Virus record (IMG/VR): IMGVR_UViG_3300020039_000026
Reading direction: 5' to 3' (one strand)
DNA length: 64,000 bases
Origin: a virus
This document shows, one piece after another, positions 1-9,884 of this stretch. The notes under the pieces are model-generated. The model ran no database searches. It worked only from the letters and a program-made list of their open reading frames with translations, and had not been told where the DNA came from. The position numbers and the translations under genes are program-made. The first letter of the stretch is position 1; every line of letters begins with the position of its first letter.

Positions 1-347
1 AAGGACGGGACGCCCGCCCGGACAGCCCACACGGGACGCCCGGACAGCGTTACCCGGTACACCGCCGCTCTTAAGACGGAAGGACGGGACGCCCGCCCGT
101 GAAAACACGCCATAAAGCCCCAAATTCCGGGGTTTAATGGATACATAAGGCCATACATCCCACCTATCATGCAAATTGACCTGTATGAAGTCAGAGGTGA
201 GAAGCCTAAAGCACCACACTATCAGGGTGGTGGCTCAACGGCCGGAAGGGTTGAGTAAACAGAGCCTGATGGAGCAAAGAGTGAGAGCGGCTAAGGCTCT
301 TAGGCTGCCGCGTGAGAATAAACACGCCTAAAGCCCCATATTTCGCG
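1..347. repeat. 5-prime noncoding direct repeats: GGAAGGACGGGACGCCCGCCCG at 1-21 and 79-100; about 28-bp imperfect repeat AAACACGCC(A/T)AAAGCCCCA(A/T)AT(T)TC(C/G)GG at 101-130 and 319-347
   Basis: Read directly. No convincing ORF on either strand across 1-1147 (only short antisense-looking ORFs). Confidence 0.5.
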
Positions 348-1168
348 GACATCTAAAGCCGTGGAATGTGGACACTCTTTCAAGCGATAACGCCATGTTC
401 CTGCGAAATGCAGGTCGGTAACGTCCTGAAAAGGTGAATCCGTAAAATGTAGAACGTGGGTCGCTTGAGAAGGTGCCACATCCAAGCAATCAACTAAAGG
501 CGTGATTTCGTGGGGCTTCTATTAGAGTGCTTCGGGTTGGGTGGTGCCCTCCTTCACCGCCCTCCCTTTAATGCGGCCAGTTCACCCAAAAGGTGCTGAC
601 AGTGACAAGCCTGTATAACGCAGAGTCAAAGGGTTTCTGATGAGCAATAATCGACCGATGAGCGCTATTTGAGCGCCACGCTGCACATGGCTATATATGT
701 GCCGCCTGGTTCCCCTGATGGGGCGTCGTATCGGAGTAGACGTGCGGCGTGCCGGGGCGTAAGTACGGCAATGGCCCGGTCGTGAAGTCCTGAGCTGACC
801 GGTGAACCAATCGCGGCTTGCGTGATAGGCTAAGCATGAGAATTTCAGATTCAAAATGATTTTGATGCGCCCTCTCTTGAAGCCCGCTTGTACCGTGGTT
901 TCTCAACGAGGAATTACGATAGGGTGAATGGAGAAAAGCAAGGGGTGATCCTCCTTGGGGCTGTGCTGAAATCCCAACGGGATGGATGTACGGATGCGGA
1001 GAGTCGTGAAGGGTTTGAAATTTGAGTGATACCCAAAGTTTGCACAATTCACGCATGGCGTGAAGTCTATATATCAAGCGCCCCGGTCTTTGTCCTGTAA
1101 TGGGACAGCCGGGACGCTTTCATATGGGCTTCGGCCTATAAAATGAATTGATGAAAGGGGTTTGCACC

Positions 1169-2068
1169 ATGGTATCCGAAAAAAGCCTTGCGCAGATTGA
1201 ATCGGAAATCAATGGTTCCATTAAGGAATGGAACAATGCCTTCAAGAAACAGGATTTGAAAGGCATGACCGCCGCCGAAGCCGCCCTGAAGGCCAGTGAA
1301 GCGGAGTATCTGGAAGTCAAGCAACATGAGGTCTTTTGTGAACTCAAGAAGGCTGAAAAGCCCGTGATTGCCGCTGTGACGCGGTACAGTTTCCCGGTTT
1401 TGAAGCACAAAACCGTTCGTGAGGACGGTGTTGAGGTGGGTATTGAACTCACCGAAAAAGAACGCCAGATTGACCTGGTGAAGTTCTGTAAGTTCTGTGA
1501 GCTGGATACGCTCTGGGCGTATAAGGTCGAAAAGTTCGGCCAGCTTCTGTGCCTGCGTGCGGCGAAGGAATTGAACATGAGCGCCGCTGAAATCAAGCAA
1601 ATCGCGTCCACCTACTACATGAAGGAATTGGCCCGGAAAGAGAATCTGGGTGAAACTCCGACCAGCAATACCCAGATCGTGAAGGCTTTGCAAAAGGTTA
1701 TTGATGCCTTCATGTTTGAAGCCGGTGACAACGGTGCCAACATCTATAAGGTCAACAACCATGACGTGGCGTATCTCCTGATGTGCTACACGAAGCGCTC
1801 CAATCGGAAGGAATTGACTGTTCAGGTTTCCAAGACTGGTTTCGTTCATGCCCTCCTGATGGACATTTGCCACCGTATCGTGACCGGCGGGGTTTATGGT
1901 CTGGATTATCGGCAGGAAAAGGCCAAGCCCGCGCAGGGTTCTGAGCCCAAAAAGGAATCGAAGCCCGCCGCCAAGAAGTCCGATGTGAAGCCTGTTGAAC
2001 CCGAACAGGTTGAGGTTGTGAAGGTTCCTGTCCCCCAGAAGGCCAAAAAGAAGGGAGAAGCGGCGTAA
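1169..2068 (+). CDS. Hypothetical protein with Lys/Pro-rich C-terminal tail (KPAAKKSDVKPVEPEQVEVVKVPVPQKAKKKGEAA)
   Basis: Long ORF with a GC3-rich codon pattern like neighbouring genes. ATG at 1169 follows AAAGGGG. The antisense 406-aa ORF is judged spurious. Confidence 0.5.
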   Translation: MVSEKSLAQIESEINGSIKEWNNAFKKQDLKGMTAAEAALKASEAEYLEVKQHEVFCELKKAEKPVIAAVTRYSFPVLKHKTVREDGVEVGIELTEKERQIDLVKFCKFCELDTLWAYKVEKFGQLLCLRAAKELNMSAAEIKQIASTYYMKELARKENLGETPTSNTQIVKALQKVIDAFMFEAGDNGANIYKVNNHDVAYLLMCYTKRSNRKELTVQVSKTGFVHALLMDICHRIVTGGVYGLDYRQEKAKPAQGSEPKKESKPAAKKSDVKPVEPEQVEVVKVPVPQKAKKKGEAA

Positions 2069-2095
2069 AGCCGCCTCCCCTGGGTTCTGAGGTGA

Positions 2096-2311
2096 ATGAT
2101 GAATCAGGTTCTGAAGCGGGTTTCGATCTTGGTTTTGTCCCTGATCGTTCTGCTGCTCGTGTGGTTTACCGGTTACCGTAGCGGCATGGATCATGTTATC
2201 TATAATGCAGAGCTTTTCATCGTCGATCTCCCTGAAGTCGGTGATGATTGGTTTACCGTGTACGTCGAAATTGATGACCAAACTCATGAGTATGAAGGTT
2301 TCATCGGCTGA
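2096..2311 (+). CDS. Small protein with an N-terminal transmembrane helix
   Basis: 71-aa ORF with a hydrophobic N-terminus, placed right after the previous gene. Confidence 0.35.
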   Translation: MMNQVLKRVSILVLSLIVLLLVWFTGYRSGMDHVIYNAELFIVDLPEVGDDWFTVYVEIDDQTHEYEGFIG

Positions 2312-2779
2312 AATAAATCGCCTGAAGCCCTGTTGTACACCTTTTAACACAGTCAATGTGTTAAAAAGTTTCAGAACCCCAGGAAAATCAAGGGTTTCAG
2401 AGGTCTTTCCTTAAAGAATAATAAGACCTAAGTTACAAAAAGAGCTAAACATAAACCTGGCTCCGCCCAGGAGACTGGAAGGGCGAGGCTGCTCTGTTCT
2501 CTGACACATAGTTTTTAATGCTCCCTACTTTCCAGAAGGAAAGGTTCCTGATGGATTTTCAATCCCAGGTTAAAGCATGGCAATGTAGGATCGGTGGTGT
2601 TCAGATGTCTAAAGCCCACAGGAAATTCGTTGAAACAGTTTTTGAAATGGAAACCGATTTGAGGGGAACCATCATCAAAAGGCTGGGGTTTCATCTGTAT
2701 CTAATACAAACCGAAGCAGGTGAACAGATTCAGTTCAAATGCTGAGGATTTGAATTCAAAATTAAATAGAGGTGAGCGC

Positions 2780-3004
2780 ATGACCTACTTTGAATCCAAA
2801 GGCGTGGAGATCCAGGGTAATTGCCTGAACGAGTTTCAGGCCAGGAAACAATTCGAGCGGTCATGTGAATGTTGCTGTATGCGAGGTCTCAGAATCAATT
2901 GCGATTCGTGCGCAGTGAAAGCCGCCCATGAACAGGTTCTTGATGCTTTCGCATCCAGTAAGCTTTCCTCACGTATCGCTTCGATCCGGCATTGCCAAGC
3001 GTAA
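2780..3004 (+). CDS. Hypothetical Cys-rich small protein
   Basis: ATG at 2780 preceded by GAGGTGA RBS. Several Cys residues (CECCCM...CDSC). Confidence 0.35.
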   Translation: MTYFESKGVEIQGNCLNEFQARKQFERSCECCCMRGLRINCDSCAVKAAHEQVLDAFASSKLSSRIASIRHCQA

Positions 3005-3046
3005 CCGAATGTGGTATAATTCCCCTGAAAACTAAGGTTTAAGGGG

Positions 3047-3355
3047 GTGATGAAATTGCAAATGTTGGAAAGGAGTGAGGAACGGACCGTCGAGGCAATG
3101 GCTCGAATGGTAAAAAACTTTATCCCAAGGAAATGCAGCATTAACTATTCAAATCTCATGTATTGGCTTGGGGTTGAAGAGTTTTTGAAGGATGTTACTT
3201 TTCTTATGGATGAAGGTTCTATAGTCGACGATCAAACCCTATTGAACATAATGCAAAACATCTACGATTCAAAAGAAAAACAAGGTGATACAGGGTTTAG
3301 CCTTTCTAAGGCGAGGAGAGGGATCAATCAACTCAAACGCGCTCTGAACGCATAA
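3047..3355 (+). CDS. Hypothetical protein
   Basis: 102-aa ORF preceded by GGGGGTGA RBS. Confidence 0.4.
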   Translation: MMKLQMLERSEERTVEAMARMVKNFIPRKCSINYSNLMYWLGVEEFLKDVTFLMDEGSIVDDQTLLNIMQNIYDSKEKQGDTGFSLSKARRGINQLKRALNA

Positions 3356-3398
3356 TATAGGCAATATAGAGTGCACGCCGTAAGGCAGGAGGAATTTC

Positions 3399-3977
3399 AT
3401 GCTCAAGAATATCATTAAAGGTCGTAAAGCAAATTCCAATGTAGAAATCTTCAACAACCGTTCTGTGAACGATTTGATGCCCAGCCTGGTTCATCTCAGT
3501 GATGAAACCTGCCGCGATGCCTTGAAATCCGTATGCGGAAAGGATTTCGACTCCCAAAAGGTTCTCAGTACCAAGGATGTCTGCGAGGCTCTGAACATGA
3601 ACGAACTCACTGTTCGTGACGTGTTGTATGGTGATGCCAGCGAGATTCTCCGCCGTCATATGGTTCAGACCAAGAGCCGCGTTAATCTGTGGACTCCCAG
3701 GTCTGTGGTAATTCTGGCAACCATCCTGCATTATCGCAGCGAAGCCTGCCGCGGTATCTCCATGAAGGTTGCTTCTCACTGTGCAATCAAAGCTCCCAAA
3801 GCCGAAAAGCACCTGGATGCAGAGGTTCTTCCCGCTCCCGTGCTGGCAAAAATCGATGCCCAACCCGTACCTGCCGAGGCTCATGCAATTCCTGAGCCCG
3901 CCAAGGCTCCTAAACCCAATGAAATTTCCATGGTTATCCGTCCTGGAACGATTATGCGGGTGGTGGCAGCGTTCTAA
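3399..3977 (+). CDS. Hypothetical protein with Ala/Pro-rich C-terminus
   Basis: 192-aa ORF with AGGAGG RBS upstream. Confidence 0.5.
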   Translation: MLKNIIKGRKANSNVEIFNNRSVNDLMPSLVHLSDETCRDALKSVCGKDFDSQKVLSTKDVCEALNMNELTVRDVLYGDASEILRRHMVQTKSRVNLWTPRSVVILATILHYRSEACRGISMKVASHCAIKAPKAEKHLDAEVLPAPVLAKIDAQPVPAEAHAIPEPAKAPKPNEISMVIRPGTIMRVVAAF

Positions 3978-3980
3978 GAG

Positions 3981-4352
3981 GTGAATTCTTTGACAGACGC
4001 TGAATTCTTAACTAAACTTTCTGCCCTGTACAAGATTGTCCTGAGCTTCCGTAAGGATGATGATTATGAAATCAATCAGACACAGATGGATAAGCTTTGT
4101 AATCTGTACAGGTTCTTCCTGGATACTGCCGGAAAACTGGATGGCGAGGTTGAACCCTTCAAACTGGTTCCGAAGGAAGAACATGGCGGTGTCGTAGCAA
4201 AGTTCCTTGTATTCGATGTGTATGGCGAAAACGTAAAACGGTTTTCGGATGCAATCAGCGCATGTTCCGCAATCGGTGTCGAAGCCCTGGCTGATGGAAG
4301 GGTTTGCATCGACTGCACGGTACCCAATGTTTTCGTGGAGAAAGCCAACTAA
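3981..4352 (+). CDS. Hypothetical protein
   Basis: 123-aa ORF with GTG start and AGAGGTG RBS, tightly packed after the previous gene. Confidence 0.4.
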   Translation: MNSLTDAEFLTKLSALYKIVLSFRKDDDYEINQTQMDKLCNLYRFFLDTAGKLDGEVEPFKLVPKEEHGGVVAKFLVFDVYGENVKRFSDAISACSAIGVEALADGRVCIDCTVPNVFVEKAN

Positions 4353-4436
4353 AGTCAGGAGAGCGTTCAGAAATGGGCGCTCTCCTTTCCGGTTCTAAGG
4401 AGGGTTTCGGCCCATGAAGAAAAATCGAGGGGTCTT

Positions 4437-4754
4437 ATGAACGGAATGTTTCAGGTCGGAGATGCCGTTCGTGTAAAATCCTGGGACGAAATGGAACGTC
4501 AATATGGCTTTGATGGCCTGAATAGGATTTGCAACCCGGGCGACAATGTATGCTTCATTCATTCCATGAAAAGCCTGTGCGAGAAGGAAGCTGTAATCGA
4601 AAGCCTCGAGGAAGAATATGGTGGGGTTTCGTATCACCTGAATATTGACTCTGGTGGTGATTGGCGGTTCCGCGATTGGATGCTTGAGCCCGCAGAGATC
4701 CATGTTCCAGAAGAGTTTCAGACCGATAGTTTTCTCAATCTCATAATAAAATAA
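4437..4754 (+). CDS. Hypothetical protein
   Basis: 105-aa ORF. Confidence 0.4.
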   Translation: MNGMFQVGDAVRVKSWDEMERQYGFDGLNRICNPGDNVCFIHSMKSLCEKEAVIESLEEEYGGVSYHLNIDSGGDWRFRDWMLEPAEIHVPEEFQTDSFLNLIIK

Positions 4755-4948
4755 TGGTTTGTGATTCCAAAGGCGCTTGAAAGAGCGTCTTTTTTCATGC
4801 GAATTTTGAAAGGATGTGCCGTTATGATTCGCTTTCTGAAGGGGTTCCTGAATTGGTTGAGGGTTCTCATCATCTATGGTGATTTGTATCTTGACCCTGA
4901 ACAGCTTCGCGTCGAAAGTGAAGCTAAGTTCCTCCAGGCCGAGGTGAT

Positions 4949-5362
4949 TTGATGAAACTTACGATTCTGAGCGAGGAGGAAAATCTCGCAAAGCAGGAGG
5001 CGCTTGAAAAAGCGAAAGCTCAGGAAGCGGAAAAGTCCAAGGCCGAAACCAATTCCGCCGTTACAGTCCATGAAATTGATGCGGATTTTGAAACTGGTTT
5101 AACCGCAATTGATGTCGCCGAGCGCGAGGATGATCTGGAACAGATGACAGCCGAATATATCCTGAACCTGATCGACGCCGAAGATATCGACGCCGAGGAA
5201 CTTGGTCTGGATTCCAATGAGCTTTCGTCTATCATTGATGAATTCGAGCAAATTCTCGCTGTTCGCGGCATCCAGGTATACCGCCCGGCTTTTGTCGAGG
5301 ATGATGACGGCACGATTCATATCGCTTATAGCAGATTCGATCAAGAGCTGAATTATCTGTAG
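4949..5362 (+). CDS. Hypothetical acidic protein
   Basis: 137-aa ORF, strongly acidic with a coiled-coil-like N-terminus. Confidence 0.45.
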   Translation: MMKLTILSEEENLAKQEALEKAKAQEAEKSKAETNSAVTVHEIDADFETGLTAIDVAEREDDLEQMTAEYILNLIDAEDIDAEELGLDSNELSSIIDEFEQILAVRGIQVYRPAFVEDDDGTIHIAYSRFDQELNYL

Positions 5363-5375
5363 TGGAGGGTTTTAT

Positions 5376-6149
5376 ATGAAAATCGATCCATGGCCGGCTT
5401 TTGATCGTCTGGTAATGGGTGAAACCGCAAAGCTCAAGCCGTCCGAAATCAAAGCCCTCGAAGCGCAACTTGCTGAGGACAAAATCTTGTGTATGCCAGG
5501 TTTCGCTCCCGTTGCAAATCAACTTGCCATAGGTAATATTGATAAATTCCATGTTGGCGATAAATTATCGACCTCAACTGAAACAGGTCTTGATCTTGAC
5601 TGGATTATCATCGGGAAAAATCAGGACGGCGATAATACGCTGACGGTTCAAACCGAAAAGGCTTTCGGAAAAGTTCGATACTGTAAGCCGACCATCACAC
5701 ATCGTTATGGGTGGAATCACCCTTTGCATAACGATATGACTGGTTATCTGCAAACCGTTTTTGCGAAAACATTTTTTAAGCAAGATCTCGAATGCCTGAC
5801 GAATGTTCAGAAAAAGACGAGAACGTGCGATGAAGATGGGGGCGAAATCATATCTACAACAGATATGTTCTTTCTCCTCTCTGCAAGCGAAGCCGGTTTT
5901 GAAGTCGATGATGAATACGTTTACGACGAAGGTTCCGCATACCAGTTCTACGCTGATAATGATGATTTTAAGCGTATGAAGGTTGATTTTAACAACGATC
6001 GCCGTCTCTGGTGGTTGCGGAGTCCGTACCCGTCGTACGCGTACCACGTCCGTCTCGTCGGTACAGACGGCAGCTTGATCAGCCTTAGTGCGGACCTCGC
6101 GAGCAGCGCGGTGGCCCCAGCTTGTGTAATCAAAGCGAAGCGCATCTGA
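5376..6149 (+). CDS. Hypothetical protein with C-terminal RLWWLRSPYPSYAYHVRLV segment. Paralog of 10573-11334.
   Basis: 257-aa ORF. The two paralogs share a G..G...W.IIGKN..DG core and a C-terminal W(W/T)RS(P/G)...Y.Y(H/V) block. Confidence 0.5.
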   Translation: MKIDPWPAFDRLVMGETAKLKPSEIKALEAQLAEDKILCMPGFAPVANQLAIGNIDKFHVGDKLSTSTETGLDLDWIIIGKNQDGDNTLTVQTEKAFGKVRYCKPTITHRYGWNHPLHNDMTGYLQTVFAKTFFKQDLECLTNVQKKTRTCDEDGGEIISTTDMFFLLSASEAGFEVDDEYVYDEGSAYQFYADNDDFKRMKVDFNNDRRLWWLRSPYPSYAYHVRLVGTDGSLISLSADLASSAVAPACVIKAKRI

Positions 6150-6153
6150 AAAT

Positions 6154-6180
6154 CCGCACCGATAGGTGCGGTTAAAGTTT
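6154..6180 (+). terminator. Rho-independent terminator candidate
   Basis: Hairpin CCGCACC-GATA-GGTGCGG followed by TTAAAGTTT, immediately after the stop at 6149. Confidence 0.45.
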
Positions 6181-6775
6181 CATGGGAGACCTCCAATTAA
6201 CCCAAAGGGCAATGCGCAGGAACATTGCCCGCCCTAAAGCCGCCAAAGCCGGTTCAAAGCCCGGTTGGGAAAGGCTGATGAGGGTCTTGGCGTCGAATTG
6301 AGTTGCCTTGAGAAAGCGGTTCACTAACGTCACTATCCTGTCCGTACATCGCCGCCGAACATCCGGTGGCGCGCTTAGAATAGAGTGTACGGCAAAAGCG
6401 CAAATGATATGGCGCACTTACCAATCTCCGTCCGGATAAGGCAGCGGACGTAAAGAAGATTGATGCCCAGTCGTGCAGATGTCAGAGGGTACACGGCAGG
6501 AGTCAGGGTGGTTTGGAGGACGCTCCCGCCATCCGGTCCTAAAGCAGCCAATGACGGTCTCAAGCCCGTATGAAAAATGCCGAGAGGGGCGTTCCAAATT
6601 CCAATGTGAATTTTGGTTCGATTCGTCGCACCGCTACACCATCAGAACGCAAAGTGAGAAAGGATGAAGTGTGATGTACCATGCGAGGTCGCCCACTAAG
6701 TTTCTAGAAGTTCGCAGAGAAGTCTGAGTTTCAAAATCAATCCCAATCTACATAGAATTAAAGGAGATATGAATC

Positions 6776-7393
6776 ATGATTAACGTCACCATCGGCAACA
6801 ACCTGAAGCGTTCCAACATCATCGTGTCTGAAGCCACCACCATCCGCAAGGCTCTGGAAGACAATGGCATCGACTACACCCGTGGCACCACCTCCCTGGA
6901 CGGCGCTACCCTGGCTCCCGGCCAGATGGACAAGACCTTCGCCGAACTGGGCGTGACCGAAAAGTGCTACCTGCTGAACGTGGTCAAGGCCGATAACGCC
7001 GCCGTGATCAAGATCGTCGGCAACGCTGCCGTGGTTGAATCCGGCCACAGCCTGGAGGATCTGAAGAAGGTCGAAAAGTACCGTCCCGACAGCCTGCGCC
7101 TGTATGAAGGCGATGGCAACAGCAAGCATGTGGTTTTCGCCGTGGGTACCACCAAGGGCAACGGCACCATCAACAGCGTCGGCGCTGAATTCGGTGAAAC
7201 CACCACCGAAGACGGCAAGGCTACTATCTCCATGCTGATGCCCGAGGGCACCAAGGAACCCAAGAAGTGGGTCGAGGAACACATCGGCGTGGCTATCCTG
7301 AAGCTGAACAAGATCGAAGCCCAGTATGCTCCCGCCCTGGCCGACGTGGCTGAGGAGCAGGCCGCTGTGCAGGCCGCCATCACCGTGATGTAA
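6776..7393 (+). CDS. Hypothetical protein with highly-expressed-like codon usage, possibly structural or abundant
   Basis: 205-aa ORF with strongly biased codons (CTG/GGC/ACC/AAG, near-uniform G/C third positions), unlike most neighbours. GGAGATATG RBS. Preceded by a 620-bp noncoding region. Confidence 0.6.
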   Translation: MINVTIGNNLKRSNIIVSEATTIRKALEDNGIDYTRGTTSLDGATLAPGQMDKTFAELGVTEKCYLLNVVKADNAAVIKIVGNAAVVESGHSLEDLKKVEKYRPDSLRLYEGDGNSKHVVFAVGTTKGNGTINSVGAEFGETTTEDGKATISMLMPEGTKEPKKWVEEHIGVAILKLNKIEAQYAPALADVAEEQAAVQAAITVM

Positions 7394-7491
7394 TCCAGGC
7401 ATCCGGCCCGGTTTTGAAGCGCCCTGGGGTTTCGGCCCTGGGGCGCTTCCTCTCTCAAGCCCGCTGGTATACTCCTGAATAGAGGTGTCAT

Positions 7492-8958
7492 ATGTTCGGT
7501 AAAAATCTTGGCGCTGTTGCGCCATTCATCTCCGAAGTTGCAGACAATCTGTTTGCAAACATTAACGGGGAAAGCTTCAACGACGACTGGTCGTTTTTGG
7601 CAGCGCTTCGTGCCATTCTGTTTAGGCGTATGCCAGAGGGTAATACCATCAATCTGTCGATCTACCGTAAGGACTACGGCAAAGATACGATTCATCGTTA
7701 CGAAGAAAACCCGGCTCCGCTCCTGAACGATCTGTTCGGCGATTCTCGTGACGCCATTCGCGTTATTAATTATCGGGCAGATGATGAGACGATCGCCGCG
7801 CTTTTTAAGCTCCTTGACGACGAGGAAAAGGGTTACGCGAAGTATTCCGGTTCTGAAGAACAAAAGGATATTGATTATTTCGTCAAAAATTACGTCAATG
7901 TCAGGTTCTATACGAACCGCGAGAAGCGCTCCGCAGTAATCCTTGTTCAGAACATGGATCTCCGGAAGTATCATTTCATCCAATGCTTCATCCCCAGGGC
8001 TCTGCCGTGGTATTTTGACGGGGAAGAAAATACCCTGGACGAACAGGAAGCTAAGCTGATTCGTTCTTTCCGTGAGAAGTATGCTCCGGAATACGAGGCC
8101 GCTATCGCTGCGCTCGGCGAACGCTTTGATTTCCGGAATGCCGCTATCAAAATGGTTCTGGGCAACTTTGAGAGGTATGCCAAGGAAGCGGAGGTCGGAA
8201 CGACCAGAAATACAATCAATGATATTCGCCGCCAAATCGCTGACAACGAGCAGCGATATAAGAATCTTCTTCAGACGCTGTATGATGCCAATATCCGGCT
8301 GAACGGACTGTTGAAGATGGCCAGTGATTGCGGCGATGAGTCCGAGCTTATTGATTATTTCAACCATAACAAGGCCATTACGCCTATTTCGACGCAAGGC
8401 ACCGCCCTCACGTTCATCGTCAAGACCTTCATTGAATTGTGGGACGAAAACATGTATGAAAAATACGCCGAGAATGGAGTGTTTTACAGAAACATCGGCG
8501 GAATTACCAACCCGGCTTTCGTCGATGTTGAAAAACGCAAGCGTTTCGCCGAGGAGCTTTTCTCTGACGACCCGCAATTCCGCGTGAAGGTCTGCGGAAT
8601 CTATACAATTGACATGCGCGGCGATGTTAATAGCGTGCGCAATTATACCTACCCGGCCGACTGCGCGGATTATCTCCCGAATCCGCATCTTCAGATTTTT
8701 GCCTGCATCGGCACCAACAGGCCGCACATCAAAGAGCTTCTCCGAAATGGGGACCCGATCACCGCCATCGAGCAGTGTATTGCTTCTTCCAAGGGGCTAA
8801 ACCTGTCCGAGGTCGAACAAACGATTCAGCCTTTTATGAAGTGGATTTTCAACTCCACCAAGAATATCATCCGCTTAAATGACGGGAGCGATGTAACTCC
8901 GGCTGAGGCTCTTGAGTGGCTGGACGAGCAGAAGAAAAAGAAGGAGGAAGATAAGTAA
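7492..8958 (+). CDS. Hypothetical 488-aa protein, translationally coupled to the downstream JAB gene
   Basis: Long ORF. Its stop overlaps the next ATG (TAATG). A C-terminal YLPNPHLQIFACIG segment is weakly reminiscent of an E2 HPN...C loop (unproven). Confidence 0.55.
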   Translation: MFGKNLGAVAPFISEVADNLFANINGESFNDDWSFLAALRAILFRRMPEGNTINLSIYRKDYGKDTIHRYEENPAPLLNDLFGDSRDAIRVINYRADDETIAALFKLLDDEEKGYAKYSGSEEQKDIDYFVKNYVNVRFYTNREKRSAVILVQNMDLRKYHFIQCFIPRALPWYFDGEENTLDEQEAKLIRSFREKYAPEYEAAIAALGERFDFRNAAIKMVLGNFERYAKEAEVGTTRNTINDIRRQIADNEQRYKNLLQTLYDANIRLNGLLKMASDCGDESELIDYFNHNKAITPISTQGTALTFIVKTFIELWDENMYEKYAENGVFYRNIGGITNPAFVDVEKRKRFAEELFSDDPQFRVKVCGIYTIDMRGDVNSVRNYTYPADCADYLPNPHLQIFACIGTNRPHIKELLRNGDPITAIEQCIASSKGLNLSEVEQTIQPFMKWIFNSTKNIIRLNDGSDVTPAEALEWLDEQKKKKEEDK

Positions 8959-9872
8959 TGCGACGGCCGATCGTATTGACGGATGAAATCATCGAAAAAA
9001 TGTCCCAGGAATTCATGGCGGCTTTGAAGGCTGCGAAACTGACTGACGGCGGCGTAAAGTACGAAAAAAAGTTCGTATACCCGGAAGAAGCCGGGAAGGA
9101 CAAGGCGATTGTCCTGTATGAGCCGAAAGCCTGGATCAAGCAGAAGCTCCTCCTGTATGAGTTCAGCACAGAAGTTGCCTGGCACGCCGTAGTAGAGCGC
9201 CGCGACGAAATCACTTTCGTTATCAAGGACATTTTGGTCTATCCCCAGGAAGTTACGGGAGGCACGGTCAACACCGACCAGGAGCTTTATCAGAAATGGA
9301 TGATGGAGCTTCCTGACGATGTGTACAACAACCTTCGCGGGCAGATGCATTCCCATGCAATTTTCGCCACCACCCCCTCCAGTGTTGACCTCACCCACCA
9401 GGAACGAATCCTGGACATGATGGGCGGCGACGACTACTATATCTTCTTCATTTGGAACAAGAAAATGGAGAAGACCGTCAAGATCTACGACATGGAAAAC
9501 AATATTCTCTACGAGAACGACGATGTTCTGGTAGAGGTAATCGACGAAGGCAGCGAGATGAACGAGCTTATCAGCTTCATCGGCGATTCCAACAACCATG
9601 TCAAAGCGAAGTCGTACACACAAGCCGGTTATTATTCCGGTTCCGCATACGGCGGCTCTGGTTACGATACCACCGGTAAGAAAGCGAAAGAGCCGAAGGC
9701 TGGCAAAAAGAGCAAGGAAACCGGGAAGGTTGCTGCCCAGCAGACCGCCCTTGCCCCATATAACGCAGGGAATCCGAATGTCGGCTATCAGGGGCAGACA
9801 CCCGGTAGTATTCTCGACCGTCATGATTCCTGGTATCGCAACCTTGTCGGCGACGGCGACGACCTGGATTAA
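8958..9872 (+). CDS. JAB/MPN (JAMM) metalloprotease-domain protein with Gly/Tyr/Ser/Lys-rich low-complexity C-terminal tail
   Basis: Exact JAMM motif H-x-H-x7-S-x2-D (HSHAIFATTPSSVD) with upstream Glu (EVAWHAVVE). 304 aa. Confidence 0.6.
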   Translation: MRRPIVLTDEIIEKMSQEFMAALKAAKLTDGGVKYEKKFVYPEEAGKDKAIVLYEPKAWIKQKLLLYEFSTEVAWHAVVERRDEITFVIKDILVYPQEVTGGTVNTDQELYQKWMMELPDDVYNNLRGQMHSHAIFATTPSSVDLTHQERILDMMGGDDYYIFFIWNKKMEKTVKIYDMENNILYENDDVLVEVIDEGSEMNELISFIGDSNNHVKAKSYTQAGYYSGSAYGGSGYDTTGKKAKEPKAGKKSKETGKVAAQQTALAPYNAGNPNVGYQGQTPGSILDRHDSWYRNLVGDGDDLD

Positions 9873-9884
9873 GGAGGTATCCTT

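Noticed and set aside
1136-2356. 406-aa minus-strand ORF overlapping the plus-strand genes at 1169-2068 and 2096-2311
   Set aside because: Low-complexity Leu/Gly/Arg-rich translation typical of antisense reading of a GC3-rich gene. The plus-strand ORFs have RBSs and consistent codon usage. Treated as spurious.
6758-9824. Large minus-strand ORFs (6758-7525, 6967-8727, 8826-9824) antisense to the codon-biased gene, the 488-aa protein and the JAB protein
   Set aside because: All are antisense to plus-strand ORFs with recognisable motifs or RBSs and have Gly/Arg/Leu-rich low-complexity translations. Treated as artefacts of GC3-rich sense strands.
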